Below, piece after piece: positions 13,071 through 28,930 of a DNA stretch of 64,000 bases. The translations under genes were made by a program, and so were the position numbers. This DNA comes from Octopus vulgaris (lineage: Eukaryota). The first letter of the stretch is position 1. Each line of letters starts with the position of its first letter. The DNA lies in NCBI GenBank assembly GCA_951406725.2, contig OX597817.1:137826001-137890000 (forward strand), given 5' to 3'. The notes beneath the pieces were generated by a model that saw only the letters and a list, made by a program, of their open reading frames with translations, did no database searches and was not told the DNA's origin.

Positions 13071-13585
13071 CTAGCAGTATCGCCCGGCGTTGCTCGGGTT
13101 TGTAAGGGAAATAACTATATAAGCATTTTTAGAGTGTTACTTCCCTTATAGATGCCAATTCGGGCTTTCTTAGCCATTTCTGTTTTGGTGTCTTCAAGCC
13201 ATGAAGTCGTTGTTCTAAAAGAACGCTGGTCTCCTTGACAACGCTTTACGACGTTGATTTCCTTACACTCCCTTCCCCACAACTTCACGAGGGAGGGAAA
13301 AAGGGGGAGAAGCAAACAGGTGCAGATGTGAGCGTGGACGCCAACTCCGCCGCCATCGACACACGAAAAATTATGCATTAAAATGGAATAAAAAATGATG
13401 TTAAATTATTTTTAAAATCGTAGACTCATCGTAGACGCACGCTAATACCCAGACGGGCTTGATATGAATCACGACTATAAGATACCCGAATTTGGTTAAA
13501 CTGCACCGCAAAATGTGGGAGTAGTTAGGAATCTAAATCGAAGGGGACAGACACTCACACAACTACAGTTTTATATATATATAGA
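13071..13585 (-). mobile_element. Non-autonomous Helitron
   Basis: Minus strand begins A|TC (tctatatatatataaaactg) and ends with hairpin cccgagcaacgccggg followed by CTAG|T; no TSD. Confidence 0.85.
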
Positions 13586-13717
13586 TATGGGTGGGGGTGT
13601 TTGTGTGTACCTGTGTGTGAACTACGAAAGTGCAGGAATTATGTAATAAAGTTCATTGTCTTACACTCGTTTTCCGCTATAAGGAATTTGCAACCAGGTG
13701 TGTGTGGTACATCCTGT

Positions 13718-13779
13718 TAGGGATCTGATGAAGTTAAATGATGTTACGCTATCATTCACCTCGGATACACAGCTCCTTA
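13718..13779 (+). ncRNA. Degenerate hammerhead motif
   Basis: uaggga-u CUGAUGA AG..AAUGAU/AUCAUU..C GGAUAC (GAAAC mutated)..uccuua; partial inverted arm at 13661-13685. Confidence 0.4.
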
Positions 13780-14009
13780 TAGCGGAAACAGATGTAAATG
13801 AATGCATGTGATTAACAAGCCACTGTTATTTTGTCATTAATTAATTAAAATTATGTGCTATACATATCTTCTGGGTTATATAGGAGACCAGAGGGTCAGT
13901 GAATTCGTGCTGTTTTGCTATCGGAGCTTTCAAACATCGTGCATGAAAAAATTATACAATGTATTCTGATTATTTGATGTCAGATCTGTTATGGTTATGC
14001 AGAATTGGA

Positions 14010-14077
<68 letters not shown>

Positions 14078-14815
14078 TTGTGTATCGACATATATATGGA
14101 CACAGAATATACACATGCACACACTTATATTATGTATTCTTGTATGTGTGTATGTATGTATGTATGTATGTATGTATGTATGTATGTATGTATGTATGTA
14201 TGTATGCTTGTATGTATGTATGCCTGTATAGAGGTATGTGACTATGTAAGTATGTATGTGTGTATGTATGTGTTCATGTATGCATATATATAACAATATA
14301 TGCATGCTATAGATATAGTGCAAAATTTTGCAGCGATGCTGCTGTCTGAATGGTATTTTCGAGCTTGTTAAATATAATTTTATTTATTAATCTTGTAAAA
14401 GTCATTCCGACCGAAACATTATTGCAAAATGTAGCTAACCATTTTTAATAAATATTCTTTCTCGGCACAAAACACTTTGAGTCTTTTATTTCGCTAATGG
14501 CTTTTGTAGCTTTCAAATCTAGCATTTTGATATCAATCTGTCTATTTATTTATCTATCGATCTATCAAACTATCTACCTGCATACATACATACATGTATA
14601 CATTCATACATACACACATACATACATACACACATACATACATACATACATACATACATACATACATACATACATACATACATGCATGCATGCATACATA
14701 CAGACAGACACATACATACATACATACATACATACATACATACATACATACACACATACATATACACACACATACACACACACAAACACACACACACACA
14801 CACACACATATGTAT

Positions 14816-14850
<35 letters not shown>

Positions 14851-14997
14851 AACCGCTTAACATGGTGAACACAAACTGCGCACTGTTTCTAATAAACAGC
14901 CAATTAATGGAAGAGACGGGGGTATCTGTTCCGGGGTTGGCGGTGCTTTCACCGTATATATAGATACACACACACACATACACACACACACACACAC

Positions 14998-15060
<63 letters not shown>

Positions 15061-15848
15061 CATGTATGTTTATATATATGTATATGCATATGTATGTATA
15101 TATATATATATTAATTTTGCTGGCTGCTATCTTGGCTGACAAATTTGTATTAATTTAGTTGAATAGTCTGGTTAAATATATGATAGCAGCCACGGAAAAC
15201 ATTGACATCATCAGCAACAACAGCAACAAATAAAGCAATCCCAGTGACGTTAAAGAAGAATTATGCAGAGAAGGATAAACAACAAGAATCAATAAAGACA
15301 TGATTATCATTATATATTGACGATGGTGAAAGACAACAACGGCAAATTGTGTTGTTAGAATTAACAAGGAAATTAATTTTAATTAAAGTTGACAGTATTA
15401 CTTCTAATTTGTGTTTTAATGTTTTTTTATTATTGTTATTGCTGGTGCTGTCGTTTGTTGTCGTCGGTTTCCATGTTGTTGTAGCCATTATTGTAGCTGT
15501 TTTTTGCGTTTGCTTTTGTTGTTATTGTTATTGTTGTTGATGTAGTTGTTGTTGTTGTTCTTCTTCTTCTTCTTCTTCTTCTTATACTTCCTTTTCTTCT
15601 TTGCTTCTTCTTTTCTTCTTCTTCTTCTTATTATTATTATTACTTTTTTTTTCTTCTTTCAAATTTGCTTCCATTTCTTGCCGAGTGTCTTCCCGACTCC
15701 TAGGGCAAAGAAACTCATAGTATACATTGGTAGGCCATTAAACCAAACTCAATAGTTCGTTCATTTTTTTTTTAAGTTAAATTAAAATACATGAGCAGCA
15801 ACAGTTCTCACATCGACAATGCTCTTCTCAATACGTGTGATGTACCAG

Positions 15849-17420
<1,572 letters not shown>

Positions 17421-18197
17421 GATGGCAGTGATTTTTAGCCCATGGTTTGCGCTAATCGATCAAGCTAATGATCAGAGGCGTTCCAGCTCTGACCATGTTT
17501 TAACGATCTGCAGCTGTTAGCGTCCAAACCCTTTTGAACAGCATTTAACTCCTTGTTCTCTTTTTGAAAAGTTGAGGTGAAATTCGAAGGTTATTTGATT
17601 GTTTTTCTTTCAAGTCAACCCTGTCGCTTTTTACATTATACCAAAACAGGTCCAGGTTGTCGGGGCAACCATTAAGGCAATCAATCAAAATATCGATATT
17701 TTAAATATTGATACTTCATTCAATTGTGTGTGTGACTTTGGTCAGTTTACTTGGCTGTAAATATGGTGCAACCAGAATAAGGGCAGAAAAAGGTCACTGC
17801 CACACGCAGGAACGACTGTCTTGCCTATGGGCATTGCCAGGTTTAATGCTTCGTCAGATTATATCCTGGAGATACTTAGTCCTTTGTCATAGATCGATTA
17901 ACATACAATGGGAAGCTATCAATGATTTTCCAACGGTTTCCGTATGGTGGTCCTGGACTTAACAACACAACCATTTCATTGTTACAACTGGAAACATAAC
18001 TCAACCAGAGAAAGACCCCATAACATCAACAGTGGACGCTGTCCTTTTTGGTTTGTTGATATTTCTGGTAATGGACTGGTCGGCAGCCAAAGGCTAAAAC
18101 TATGGCCTACGCATAATTTCACAGATTGGTCGTGATCAGGATGGTTAATGTGTCTTCAACAGCTTGGTGGTTAGGAGTTAACAGAAATAGAATTCTG

Positions 18198-18425
18198 GGC
18201 GGCGAGCCGGCAGAAACCTGAGCGCGCCGGGCGAAATGCGTAGCCGTATTTCGTCTGCCGCTAAGTTCTGAGTTCAAATTCCGCCGAGGTCGACTTTGCT
18301 TTTCATCCTTTCGGGGTCGATTAAATAAGTACCAGTTACGCACTGTCGATATAATCGACTTAATCCGTTTGTCTGTCCTTGATTGCCTCCTCCGTGTTTA
18401 GCCCCTTGTGGGCAATAAAGAAATA
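18198..18425 (+). mobile_element. SINE family A, full length with TSD
   Basis: Close match to 1671-1900; 14-bp direct repeat agaaatagaattct at 18183-18196 and 18426-18439. Confidence 0.9.
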
Positions 18426-19445
18426 AGAAATAGAATTCTAGGGGGTGGACTGGTCGATGGAACAATATTGATGAATATAGGCGGAGGACGTGTTACTCGA
18501 GAATGGCTGAGGCGGCACGTGATCAGACTGCTCTGATGAGGAGCAGATGATGCTGCAGTAGAGGTAGAAAAACTAGGGGGAGATGATACAGCAGATCTGT
18601 GGGACAGAGGCTGGAGTGTTTTGGTCAGCGCTTTCATGATAATTAGTAAGACTATTCCATAGTCAGAGGCCTTACACTGTTAGGCTCTGTTGACTCTTTG
18701 TGTGTGTATCTCTGTGTGTGTGCGTTCGTGTGTGTGTTTGTGTGTGCGACAGCAATATCATTCCCTCACTCCCAATTTGAAACGGTAGTACTACTACACA
18801 CATACACATAAACACACACAAACGTATAAGCACACACACATGTAACGTACACATCCGCACACATAAGCACACACGTCCACACACACAGATGTGAAGCGGT
18901 GCTGTAACTCATCCACACAAACACACACACACACTGTCCATTGTGATTCTTATATGTTTGTATGTCTTCAACAACACCGTCTCAAATGCTGGAGCTTCGG
19001 TCAACTGTGGCTGGGTATACGTGGGATCATTTCAGGGGTCAAAAATTTTGGGGAATGGCATGAATATCACAGACTCTCCCTTAAACAGTTGCAAGTAAAC
19101 GACATTCGTTATGCGAATGACAATAATATCCATTGTTTTCGCTCGCTTTACATTGTTTAAAATGTCTGCCATTCCGTTGTTGTATTGTGGTCATTCATTT
19201 CCAGCTGACAACGTCGCCATTTTACTCACAGCCTTTGTTCACTCAATCACTTCCCCACCTCCATCTCTTCCCACCTCCATCTCTTACCCACCTTCATCTC
19301 TTCCCCACTTTCTCTTCCTTTCTAATCATCGGTTATATACTTTGATATATACGTATACATACATACACATACATATAAAAATATTATATATATATATATA
19401 TACACACACACATATATATGTTTATGTATACATACATATATATCC

Positions 19446-19561
<116 letters not shown>

Positions 19562-19652
19562 TTATGTTCAATTGGCCTTCCTTTTGTTTTCGTCATTCTT
19601 GAGGTTGTTTTCGCTTATCTTTCTCTTTGCTGGCGTCTGTTATGTATACTAT

Positions 19653-19695
<43 letters not shown>

Positions 19696-20599
19696 TCACA
19701 CACACACACACACTTATATGTGTGCGCATTCGTATATGCATGTAAGTATATTCATATATTCAGTGGGACTCCCTACGAATGTGTTTCAGTGCGTCTGTAT
19801 GCCTGTGCGTGTGTGCCTGTGTGCGCGCGTGTGTTAGTTTAGGTAAGGAAGGTTGGGAGGCTGGGTGTGCGTTCACTCTGGAGAAACGGCGTAAATGTAA
19901 TAAGAGTGCTCACGACGAAGTACACAGAGTAAATAACACGTATTTGCTCGACGACATTGGTTTTGTACGACATCCAATTATAGTTTTGTTAATGAAATTG
20001 TGTGAAGAGGCGAGGATTCAGTGGCATCGCTTCCAGTTCTGTGTCGAGGTGTCTCAGAATTAGACAGACACCGAGATGAGAGTGCGTAACGGAACTGATG
20101 TTCACTATCGATTACCTGTAATTAGACTGAAGTGTTGTGGATATAATTATTAAACTGCGGTTAGTAATAACACAATATTAATTAGGCTGAGTGTGATATG
20201 TATATTGACCACAATGATATTCATAGAAGTTTCCATATTTTTGTTATTACCTGGAATATTTTACACTTACATTTCGTTTTGGGATTTGGTTTGCAAGATT
20301 CTTTATATGAGTTCGTGTATTGAAGCATATTCTGTTGTGTCTGGGGAGAGTCATTCTCTTTTTGTGCCTTATTATTTAACACACTCACCGGTAAATTTTC
20401 CAATCATTTCTTATTTGTATTGTCCTAAAATTTTCGTTGCGTGTTGCAACCTTTTCAGTAGTTTTGACTATTTTACATTTACATATATCCAACAATTAGT
20501 TGAATAAAAGAACATACGTGAAATAATGAATGCGATAGAGAACGTGTTAGTTAAGAGACTTCATCGCATGACATATTTTAGATGTTTATAAGACAATTG

Positions 20600-21050
20600 T
20601 GTATAGTTATTAAGGAGAGGATAAATAGAAAGTGTGAGAAATACACCTCACAAAATCTGACTGAGAGAGTTCTGTGCCACCCGAAGTTGTTCTCGTTGGG
20701 ACAGAAGTAGTTGGCGGAATACTTCGAAAGAAGTATTTGGCGGCAGAAGTCAGAAAACTTACTTTCAAGTCTATCGCTGTAATTGATCGAACCGTGTTCA
20801 AGTAGGCGTTAATGAGTTTTATAAAGACAGTCAACTTGTCATAGCTGGTCATTATTTTTTTTATGGCAATATAGTTGAAGCGTGCTTCTGAACTGGTGAT
20901 CTGAGTGAGATAGTTCGAAACTCAGCAGAAGGCTCTCTATAAAACGGGTAACAAAGAAGCCCCAGAAGGATGCATGCGTGGAAGGGTCAGAATGAATTTG
21001 ATAGAATATACTTTTGAGAGAATAGATGGTGTTGATGAATGGAGGAGTGC
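20600..21050 (-). mobile_element. Possible Gypsy gag remnant
   Basis: Segments such as ITSSEARFNYIA and SYDKL recall the gag N-terminus; heavily decayed. Confidence 0.28.
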
Positions 21051-21649
21051 AGGTACTCGGACAAAATTCCGACAGTTAAAATATCGAAAGTCGTAACACC
21101 AACAATAGTAATAGAACCAAGACAAAATGTTAATTAATATAAATAAAACTGTTTATCTAAACAAGATTGGTATAATTACCAATTAGAAATTTGCACACTT
21201 GTATGTATACACAGAGAGAGATCTATGACTTGTATACAGAGTGAGAGACACAGACAGACAGACAGACACGGAGGGAGGGAAGAAGGGAATGAGAAAAAGA
21301 GAGGAGAGAGAGAGAAGAGGGATGAGAGACTGAACGAAAACAACTACAAGCAACAAAGTAAATTCCAATCTCTGAAAGATTAATGTTGCTGTTAATAAAA
21401 GTTATTAAAAGATATTAGGTGTGTTCAGACATAGTGTGCAGGATAGATAAGTCCGATGAAAAGGAAAAGGGGAAGAAGCTTAATAATTAGAATAGACGTT
21501 TAATTAGAACTTTCGCTTTGCAATCATGAGATTTCCGGTTCGATCTCGTTGCTTAATCTGTGAGGCAGATACCTTTTTGTACTATTGTTTCGGAACGACT
21601 CAACCTTTGTCAGTGAAATTGGGTAAATGTGCACAGAAGACCTCCTCAT

Positions 21650-22300
21650 GGACGGTTCCTGCTTCTTTCAGCAGGGTTAACCACACCATGGTGCATGGAA
21701 CTAAAACTGTAGTCGTTTCTATACAGGATCTACAAATGATCTTCTATAATGGTATTGAGATTCGCTGCAGCCAGTAGTGTTGCTAAGAAGGAAATGGAAC
21801 GTTCTGTTGAAATGGCAGAGAACACAATGAAAGAGGTGATAGTTGGGTGAAGGACTGAGAGGAAAATGCGATAAATGAATCTCCTACAAGAATTGAGACT
21901 CGGTCTGAATGTGTCTAACAACTACGGTTTCACTGGTAAGTTTTAGATGCAGTGTTATAATCGCGGCCTCCTTTTGAGACACTTCCAACTGCCCCAAGAA
22001 GCATAAAGTTCCATTAACAATAGAGGAAAGAATGGAAAGTTTTCCATGGGAGTTGGATGGTTTTGACCATGATTTACAGGAAGAAGTGGGCTGAACAACT
22101 AAACTCCAGTTGTTGTTTATATTGCTGGAGTAGGAGTTTAAAAGAGAAAAGAAGCCCACTGTCACGTGATGAAGAGGTAATTTTCACAGAACCATTGTTG
22201 TTGAGAACTGAAGAAAAAAAGATAATTCCGAAAGTTGGTGGAGATTCAGTCGATTAATTCCAGAGGGATCGTTTCAAGCTTGAGAGGCAGAATGGTGTGA
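21650..22300 (-). mobile_element. Possible LINE APE endonuclease remnant
   Basis: SILVGD followed by LLAAANLNTII resembles the GDFN region; many stops. Confidence 0.3.
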
Positions 22301-22714
22301 AGTTTCTACAATGTGGCCTCGTTCACTGGGTAATCGCTACCCACTTTAGAAGTTTGGTTGAGTTGCTCCAGACGTATAATTGAAGACATTTACCAATTCT
22401 TGCGAACAGTGGAATCAACCCGAAACCACGGTGGCTGTGAAGTTAGCTTCCCAATTTCATAACTGTGTATGAGTACGGATCCAAAATTAGGTTCAAAAGC
22501 TCTTTTCAAGCCACAGGCTCGTAAGCCCGGTTTCCCGGATTCTGTGGTGTATATATTCTTCTCCCGGATGATGCGACGGTCAATTACCGGATTACTCGTT
22601 TTTGCAAGCTGAGTTGAGTGAAATAAACGAAATGAACTTTTTTGCTTAAGAATACAACACGTCACCTGAGCCAGGATCCTATCCACAAACTTACAAGTCT
22701 CCAAACACACACAC

Positions 22715-22790
<76 letters not shown>

Positions 22791-22792
22791 TG

Positions 22793-23112
22793 ACGTGGCA
22801 CTCCGTCAGTTACGACGACGAGGGTTCCAGTTGATCCGATCAACGGAACAGCCTGCTCGTGAAATTAACGTGCAAGGGGCTGAGCACGCCACAGAACACG
22901 TGTAGTCTTAACGTAGTTCTTGGGGAGATTCAGCGTGGCACAGAGTGCGAAAGGTTGGCCCCTTTGAAATATAAGTACAAGAGAAACAGGAAGGCCGGAG
23001 CCTCGTGGAGCTTTAGATATTTTTGTTCAATAAACACTCACAACGCCCGATCTGGGAATCGAAACCGCGATCCTACGGCCGCCAGTCCGCTGCCCTAACC
23101 ACTGGGCCATTA
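22793..23112 (-). mobile_element. Composite SINE: family C tRNA head plus family D tail
   Basis: 22995-23112 matches the head of 28631-28760; 22793-22980 matches 50838-51010. Confidence 0.8.
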
Positions 23113-23251
23113 TTCTTTAATATTTCAAGATATTTTTATGTAGTTTTGGCAAATATATCTGTTAAAACGAGATGTCAATGTTTTCATTTTTGCGTAATAT
23201 AGACGACAGTTTATTCACCGCACCCTATACATATACATACATATATATATA

Positions 23252-23344
23252 TACTTTGTGGCAATCTCCTGTTCCTGGATTGCAAATGCACAGGCTTCAA
23301 AGTGTGTGTATGCATGTATGTATGTATGTATGTATGTATGTATG

Positions 23345-23375
<31 letters not shown>

Positions 23376-23470
23376 GGCATCTATCTATCTGTTTGCCAAT
23401 CTGTTTGGCCCACCGCCTGCCAGTGTCGATCTCTGTGTGCGTACAAAAACAATTTTAAATGCACGCATAT

Positions 23471-23534
<64 letters not shown>

Positions 23535-23664
23535 TGTGTGTGTGTGTGCGTGCGCGTGTGTATGCATTATTAAATCATATAGAGTACACGTGTACTCTAT
23601 ATGATTTAATAAATGCATACACACACGCACGCACCCACACACACGCACACACACACACACACAT

Positions 23665-23717
<53 letters not shown>

Positions 23718-23959
23718 GCGTGCATTTAAAATTGTTTTTGTACTCACACAGAGATCGACACTGGCAGGCGGTGGGCCAAACAGATTGGCAAACAGATAGA
23801 TAGATGCCTACATACATACATACATACATACATACATACATACATACATACATACATACATACATGCATACATACATACATACATACATACATACATGCA
23901 TACACACACTTTGAAGCCTGTGCATTTGCAATCCAGGAACAGGAGATTGCCACAAAGTA
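23252..23959. repeat. ~700-bp spacer-less palindrome
   Basis: Centre catatagagtacac|gtgtactctatatg at 23589/23590; unique segments mirror each other and microsatellite lengths differ between arms. Confidence 0.93.
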
Positions 23960-24630
23960 CCTGGTGAACAAGAGAGACAGTGACGCTCCTGTAATCATAA
24001 AAGGTGCAACCGTATGTGTAGGCTGTGTCATGTTTCTGTGGAACACATCACGCGTGTGATTAGCAGCTGTCCTAAAAAGTCTTCACGGTACAACCTTCTA
24101 TGCGGCACGATGTTGTTAGTAAAACAAATTACAATGCCATACGCAAAAAACTATTCTGAAAATCCTTCTGTTATGGAATACATTCATAAACTCCAACTCA
24201 AGGAATACTGGTGAGATATTTCCATCAAGACTTCTGGTCAGATATTGTTGTTTGGGACAGAGGGGCAAAGGTGTGTACCATCATAGAGATCAGCTGCCCT
24301 CCAGATATAAATATCTCTTTGAAAGCTGCTTCGAAAACTCTAGCTTCTATATCAAGACTATGAATTCATATTCATACCAATAATAATTGGAGCACAAGGC
24401 TTTGTTAGTGAATGTTTAAACGAGAATCTGGATAAACTGGGATTTTCAGAAAGAGAAATCGACCGGTTAATTCATACATTACAAGTACAACCTGTGAGTG
24501 GAACAGTAAAAATATGCAAGACTGTTCTCAAGTTCCAAATGTGAATTAGTCTGTGTTAACTACATCCCAAAGATGGAGCTTTGTAACTTTATTGGAAACA
24601 GGCTCCCTCCTCAGTGGAAGATTAATAATA
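23905..24630 (+). mobile_element. R4-like non-LTR retrotransposon 3' remnant (second lineage)
   Basis: HFEACAFAIQEQEIATKYL...CRLCHVSVEHITRVISSCP...DIVVWDR...IEISCP...FIPIIIGAQG...KICKTVLKF*; ends in taataataa. Confidence 0.82.
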
Positions 24631-24896
24631 ATTTAAAAAAATAGAAGAGACATACATACATATCCAGACAGACAGACAAACCGATAGGTAGATTGATGCC
24701 TTCATACATATACACACACACAGGCGCGCACACACACACAGACACACACACACATATATATACATACATACATTTATACATACATATATATATACATACA
24801 TTCATACATATATATGCATACATATATATATATATACATACATTCATACATATATATGCATACATACATACATACATACATACATACATACATACA

Positions 24897-24930
<34 letters not shown>

Positions 24931-24945
24931 CATACATACATACAT

Positions 24946-24982
<37 letters not shown>

Positions 24983-25000
24983 GACATATATAATGCGTAA

Positions 25001-25320
25001 ATACCCCCTTCGGTATGAATGACCATGGAATTACATGTACGATTTCACACTTCTAGGCACAAGTCCGGGCAAAATTGTCTATGGAAAACCAGCAGTCGCC
25101 CATGCATACCAGCCTCCTCTCTACAAACCACTGATGTTGTCCAAGGGAAAGGTAAAGGGGCCAAATACAGCTTGGCAGCTCATTTCTGCTGCTGAGTGAG
25201 CTGAATGAACGTGAAATAAAGTGTCTTGCTCAAGAACACGACCCACAGCCAAGTCCTAGAATCGAACTCACTACCGCATGATTGTGAGCCTGACGCTCTA
25301 AGCACTATGCCATGCGCCTT
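25001..25320 (-). mobile_element. tRNA-derived SINE (family D-like head, different tail)
   Basis: Reverse complement has B-box gagttcgattcta and ttcttgagcaagacactttatttcacgtt, shared with 51040-51148. Confidence 0.78.
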
Positions 25321-25932
25321 CACACACATACACGTGTGTGTGTGTACATGTACCTGCATATGATATAATAAAACACACACACTCTTATCCAATGCATGTG
25401 CCTGTACGTACATTTTCATAGACACACATAGAATTAGAGTGACAGACAGACAGACAGACGGACAGCTAAACAGTAAACCAGAAGGAGAGAGAGAGGGAAA
25501 GGGAGAGGAGGGAATAAGTGAAATATACATGTAAATGTCAATTTTATATTAATGTGTGTAAAAGGTGAATAAGCAATTGTTTACGGAAAGGTGAGCTTGA
25601 TCGGGCAGTGATCTTCAAAGATAAACTGCCCCTACCACGCCCTAACTTATTGCCATTGATATTCCCTAAAAGACTTATGTTCTCAGCATTACTAAATCTT
25701 CATCAATGAGATTTGGTTCAGCCTTAAGAGAAAGGCTTTAAGCTCTGAACAATGACGAGGCCGAAAATACAACCGCCAACACTTTATAAATCTTTTATCA
25801 TCAAAATCTCTCATTACATTCACAATTAATGAAATCGCTGCCACCTTTACAGATTAAACTTCAACCCTCCTAATAATGGTAATTTTGTGCTACACACACA
25901 CACACACACACTCACTTATACACTCACACACA

Positions 25933-25987
<55 letters not shown>

Positions 25988-26049
25988 GCACGCATGATTA
26001 GTGACATTGCTCTCACGCTCATAAGATTAGTGATTCGATTCTAGGGGCT

Positions 26050-26570
26050 GTGCGGTGCTGTGGTGTCCCTGAACCTGATTGCAGGTACAGCCCTTGCTGC
26101 TTCCAGCTGTCGCATCCATCCTTGCTTTTCGAGACAGTGACCATCACCCCAACATAAGCGTCTAAAACAATTAACGGATATGTTAGCAGGTCATATTTGC
26201 TAATTTTGGTTGCAAGGTTGTGAAAGAAAGTTTCTTGTTTCGCTCATGATCCTTTAAATCTTAAGGGCGTGCACATTTTTATCGGGATCATTTGTAGTGT
26301 ACAAACTGAGGATTTGTAGTACATAAATTAAGGATCTGCGTTCTCTCCCCAAGATCCCAAGTTCCCAAGATCACAAGTTCTCAAGATGTCAAGTTCCCAA
26401 GTTCAGCCATATTTTGTTCCAGACTGGTCGGTATGTATCCTGTTGCTCCAATAATAATAAGTATGAAGTTGAAAGTGTATCTTGGATCCTGGATTTGCAA
26501 ACTTGTTAACAATAATCAACAAATGTCTTCATTCCCTTGTATTCTTCCAACAACGCTGGTGTTCAGAGGG
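26050..26570 (-). mobile_element. R4-like LINE 3' fragment
   Basis: LQIQDPRYTFNFILIIIGATGYIPTSLEQNMAELG resembles the C-terminus at 24350-24540; also matches 34790-35030. Confidence 0.62.
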
Positions 26571-26812
26571 CATGTATGTATGTATGTGTATGTATGTTTT
26601 ATGTATGTATGTATGTATGCATGTATGTATGTATGTATGTATGTATGTATGTATGTATGTATGTATGTATGTATGTATGTATGTATGTATGTATGTATGT
26701 ATGTATGTATGTATGTATGTATGTATGTATGTATGTATGTATGCATGCATGTATGTATGTATGTATGTATGTATGTATGTATGTATGTATGTATGTATGT
26801 ATGTATGTATAT
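26571..26812. repeat. (TATG)n microsatellite
   Basis: Direct inspection. Confidence 0.96.
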
Positions 26813-26818
26813 GAGTTT

Positions 26819-26996
26819 ATGATAGATCGTTAGCCACTACACACATTCTTTTCTCTCGTTTTTTTCTGTGTCCCTTTCTGTAGAAGAGCGTAGGCTCGAA
26901 ACGTAAAAGACTTTTTCTATTCCTGAGCGTTATACTAATACATCTGTTTGTTTTGTACACCACCTGTCTTCGTCTTTTGTTGTTTTCGTAAACTCT

Positions 26997-27000
<4 letters not shown>
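26819..27000 (+). mobile_element. ~185-bp (TA)n-anchored element, copy 1, with variant hammerhead motif at 26874-26909
   Basis: CUUU CUGUAGA A GAGC-GUAG-GCUC GAAA CG UA AAAG; homologous to 38300-38495 and 51673-51868. Confidence 0.75.
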
Positions 27001-27046
<46 letters not shown>

Positions 27047-28630
27047 GCAGGCAGATAGAGATAGGTAAATGTGTGTGTGTGTATGTGTGTGTGTGTGAGT
27101 GTGTGTGTATGCGTGTGTGTGTGTGATAAGAATTATAGAAACTTCGAAAGATGTGAAATAAATTGCTTTTAACTTTGGAAGAAGAAACAGTTAAAGGAAT
27201 GAACAACAGCATTTAAAATGATGGGTTAAAACCGACAAAAACAAAGCTTCTAGAATGGATGGAAACAATTTGATATGCTGCTTTGGTGTAATGGTGGCAT
27301 ATCTCACATGTTCGCAGAAAATGTAAATTCGAATCCAATGGCAACCTTTGACTTTTTCCATCCAAAGAGTTTTTCAACGCAACATTCTATATTCATGTGT
27401 GTGAGGCGGGGGGGAGGGTGTAAATAAGATGCACATAGGTATATACATATATAATATATTTTGTATTTTTTGAATGGTTTTATTCATTGGTCTTTGGCTA
27501 TACTGGAGCACTGCTTCAACAGTTTAGTCGACCAATATCCACCCGGGTACTTGTCCAAGCGCTAGTTACATAAAGTGACACAATAACAAGAATAAAAGTA
27601 GCCGTTTTAAACAGTAAACACAGACACACACACAACAATATTATTAAGAAGATTTCGTCAGTGCTAGGCTGCTCCCACCGATGCCAGAAGCTCTTGATTT
27701 GACCTGTTGTGAGTAATCTGTCCCTTATTTTCGAAAATGAAAAACTCTCGGTCTCCTGCACCGAAACAATGGAGCATGCATTTGTATCGGCGACTGGAGA
27801 TTCTTCACAGAGGCTCCCGTTCCCATTACACTCCCAGCACATGGAAACTGTAGAAGTAGTGGCATTTAATTGTATCAGATGCTTGCGATACCCTGGCTAC
27901 AGCAACCAAAGTTTCAACGTCTATTTGGGGTTTGAAGAAGTTCGAATTTTGACCTGTGCTGAACTTGAATGCATTTTGAGGAAGGGCTTCACTGGCTGAC
28001 CAACCTCACCCTCTCACATTTCATTTCCTAGAAGGGTAGCAAGGTTGGTAGACGACTGGGACTAAATCAGTGATGATGTGGAATGGCCAGTGTTATTTCT
28101 ATGTGGCTCACTGTATCCTTAGATGGGCGTCTCACAACGACGTTGTTAGATGACACCTTTCTACTGACTAACAATATTTACTTTCGTCTTGGTTATATAG
28201 ACAAAATATTGGATGATTATTGGCTCTCCTGTGTCATGGTAGGGTCTCCAGAAAACCCCTTATTTATCAACCAGGTTTAGACGCTGACAAGCTAACCCCG
28301 AACAGATTGTTCTGGGTGTTGCCAGTACAAAATGACTCAGTGACCTCCAGAAACCACCCAACCGTATTAAAACAAAAAAAGGCTAAGACACATTGGATAA
28401 TGTATCCCTAGATACTCTTAGGACTACATTGAGTGGAATGACTATGCTTGGAGTGCCTTTGATTGTGACTCTGTAAGGGGTCATGGCTGATGTGTGTTAC
28501 ACAACAACCGTAACATCTATCATCGTCATGCTGGAGGAAAAAGACCTGATATCAAAAATAACTCTTTAGTGATGTCAATAGAAGTGATATATCAAGGGCT
28601 TCCAGCTATAGACACACATATATTAACATA

Positions 28631-28930
28631 TGTGGAGGCGCAATGTCCCAGTGGTTAGGGCAGCGACTCGCGGTTGTAGGATCACGGTTACGATTCTCAG
28701 ACCGGGCGTTGTGAGTGTTTATTGACCGAAAACACCTAAAGCTCCACGAGGCTCCGGCAGGAGAGGGTGGCGATCCCTGCTGTACTCTTTCGTCACTCTT
28801 TCTTCTGTTGGCCAGTTCCCTTAGCCAGCGGGGTGGCGTCATTTGAAGGCTAAAACTATGCGAAGCGCATTGTAACCAGCGATGTGTAGCAACATTTGAT
28901 AGCCTGGTCGGTCACGGTGGACATGGTGAT
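28631..28930 (+). mobile_element. tRNA-derived SINE family C, full length
   Basis: A-box-like tgtcccagtggttagg, B-box-like ggttacgattctc; reverse complement of 42803-43087. Confidence 0.86.

Noticed and set aside
14325-14430. Long imperfect hairpin ending GAAACATTATTGCAAAA
   Set aside because: May be a decayed hammerhead, but the CUGANGA core is unrecognisable.
18398-18637. 79-aa Ser/Pro-rich ORF
   Set aside because: Runs into a SINE; no recognisable domain or splice support.
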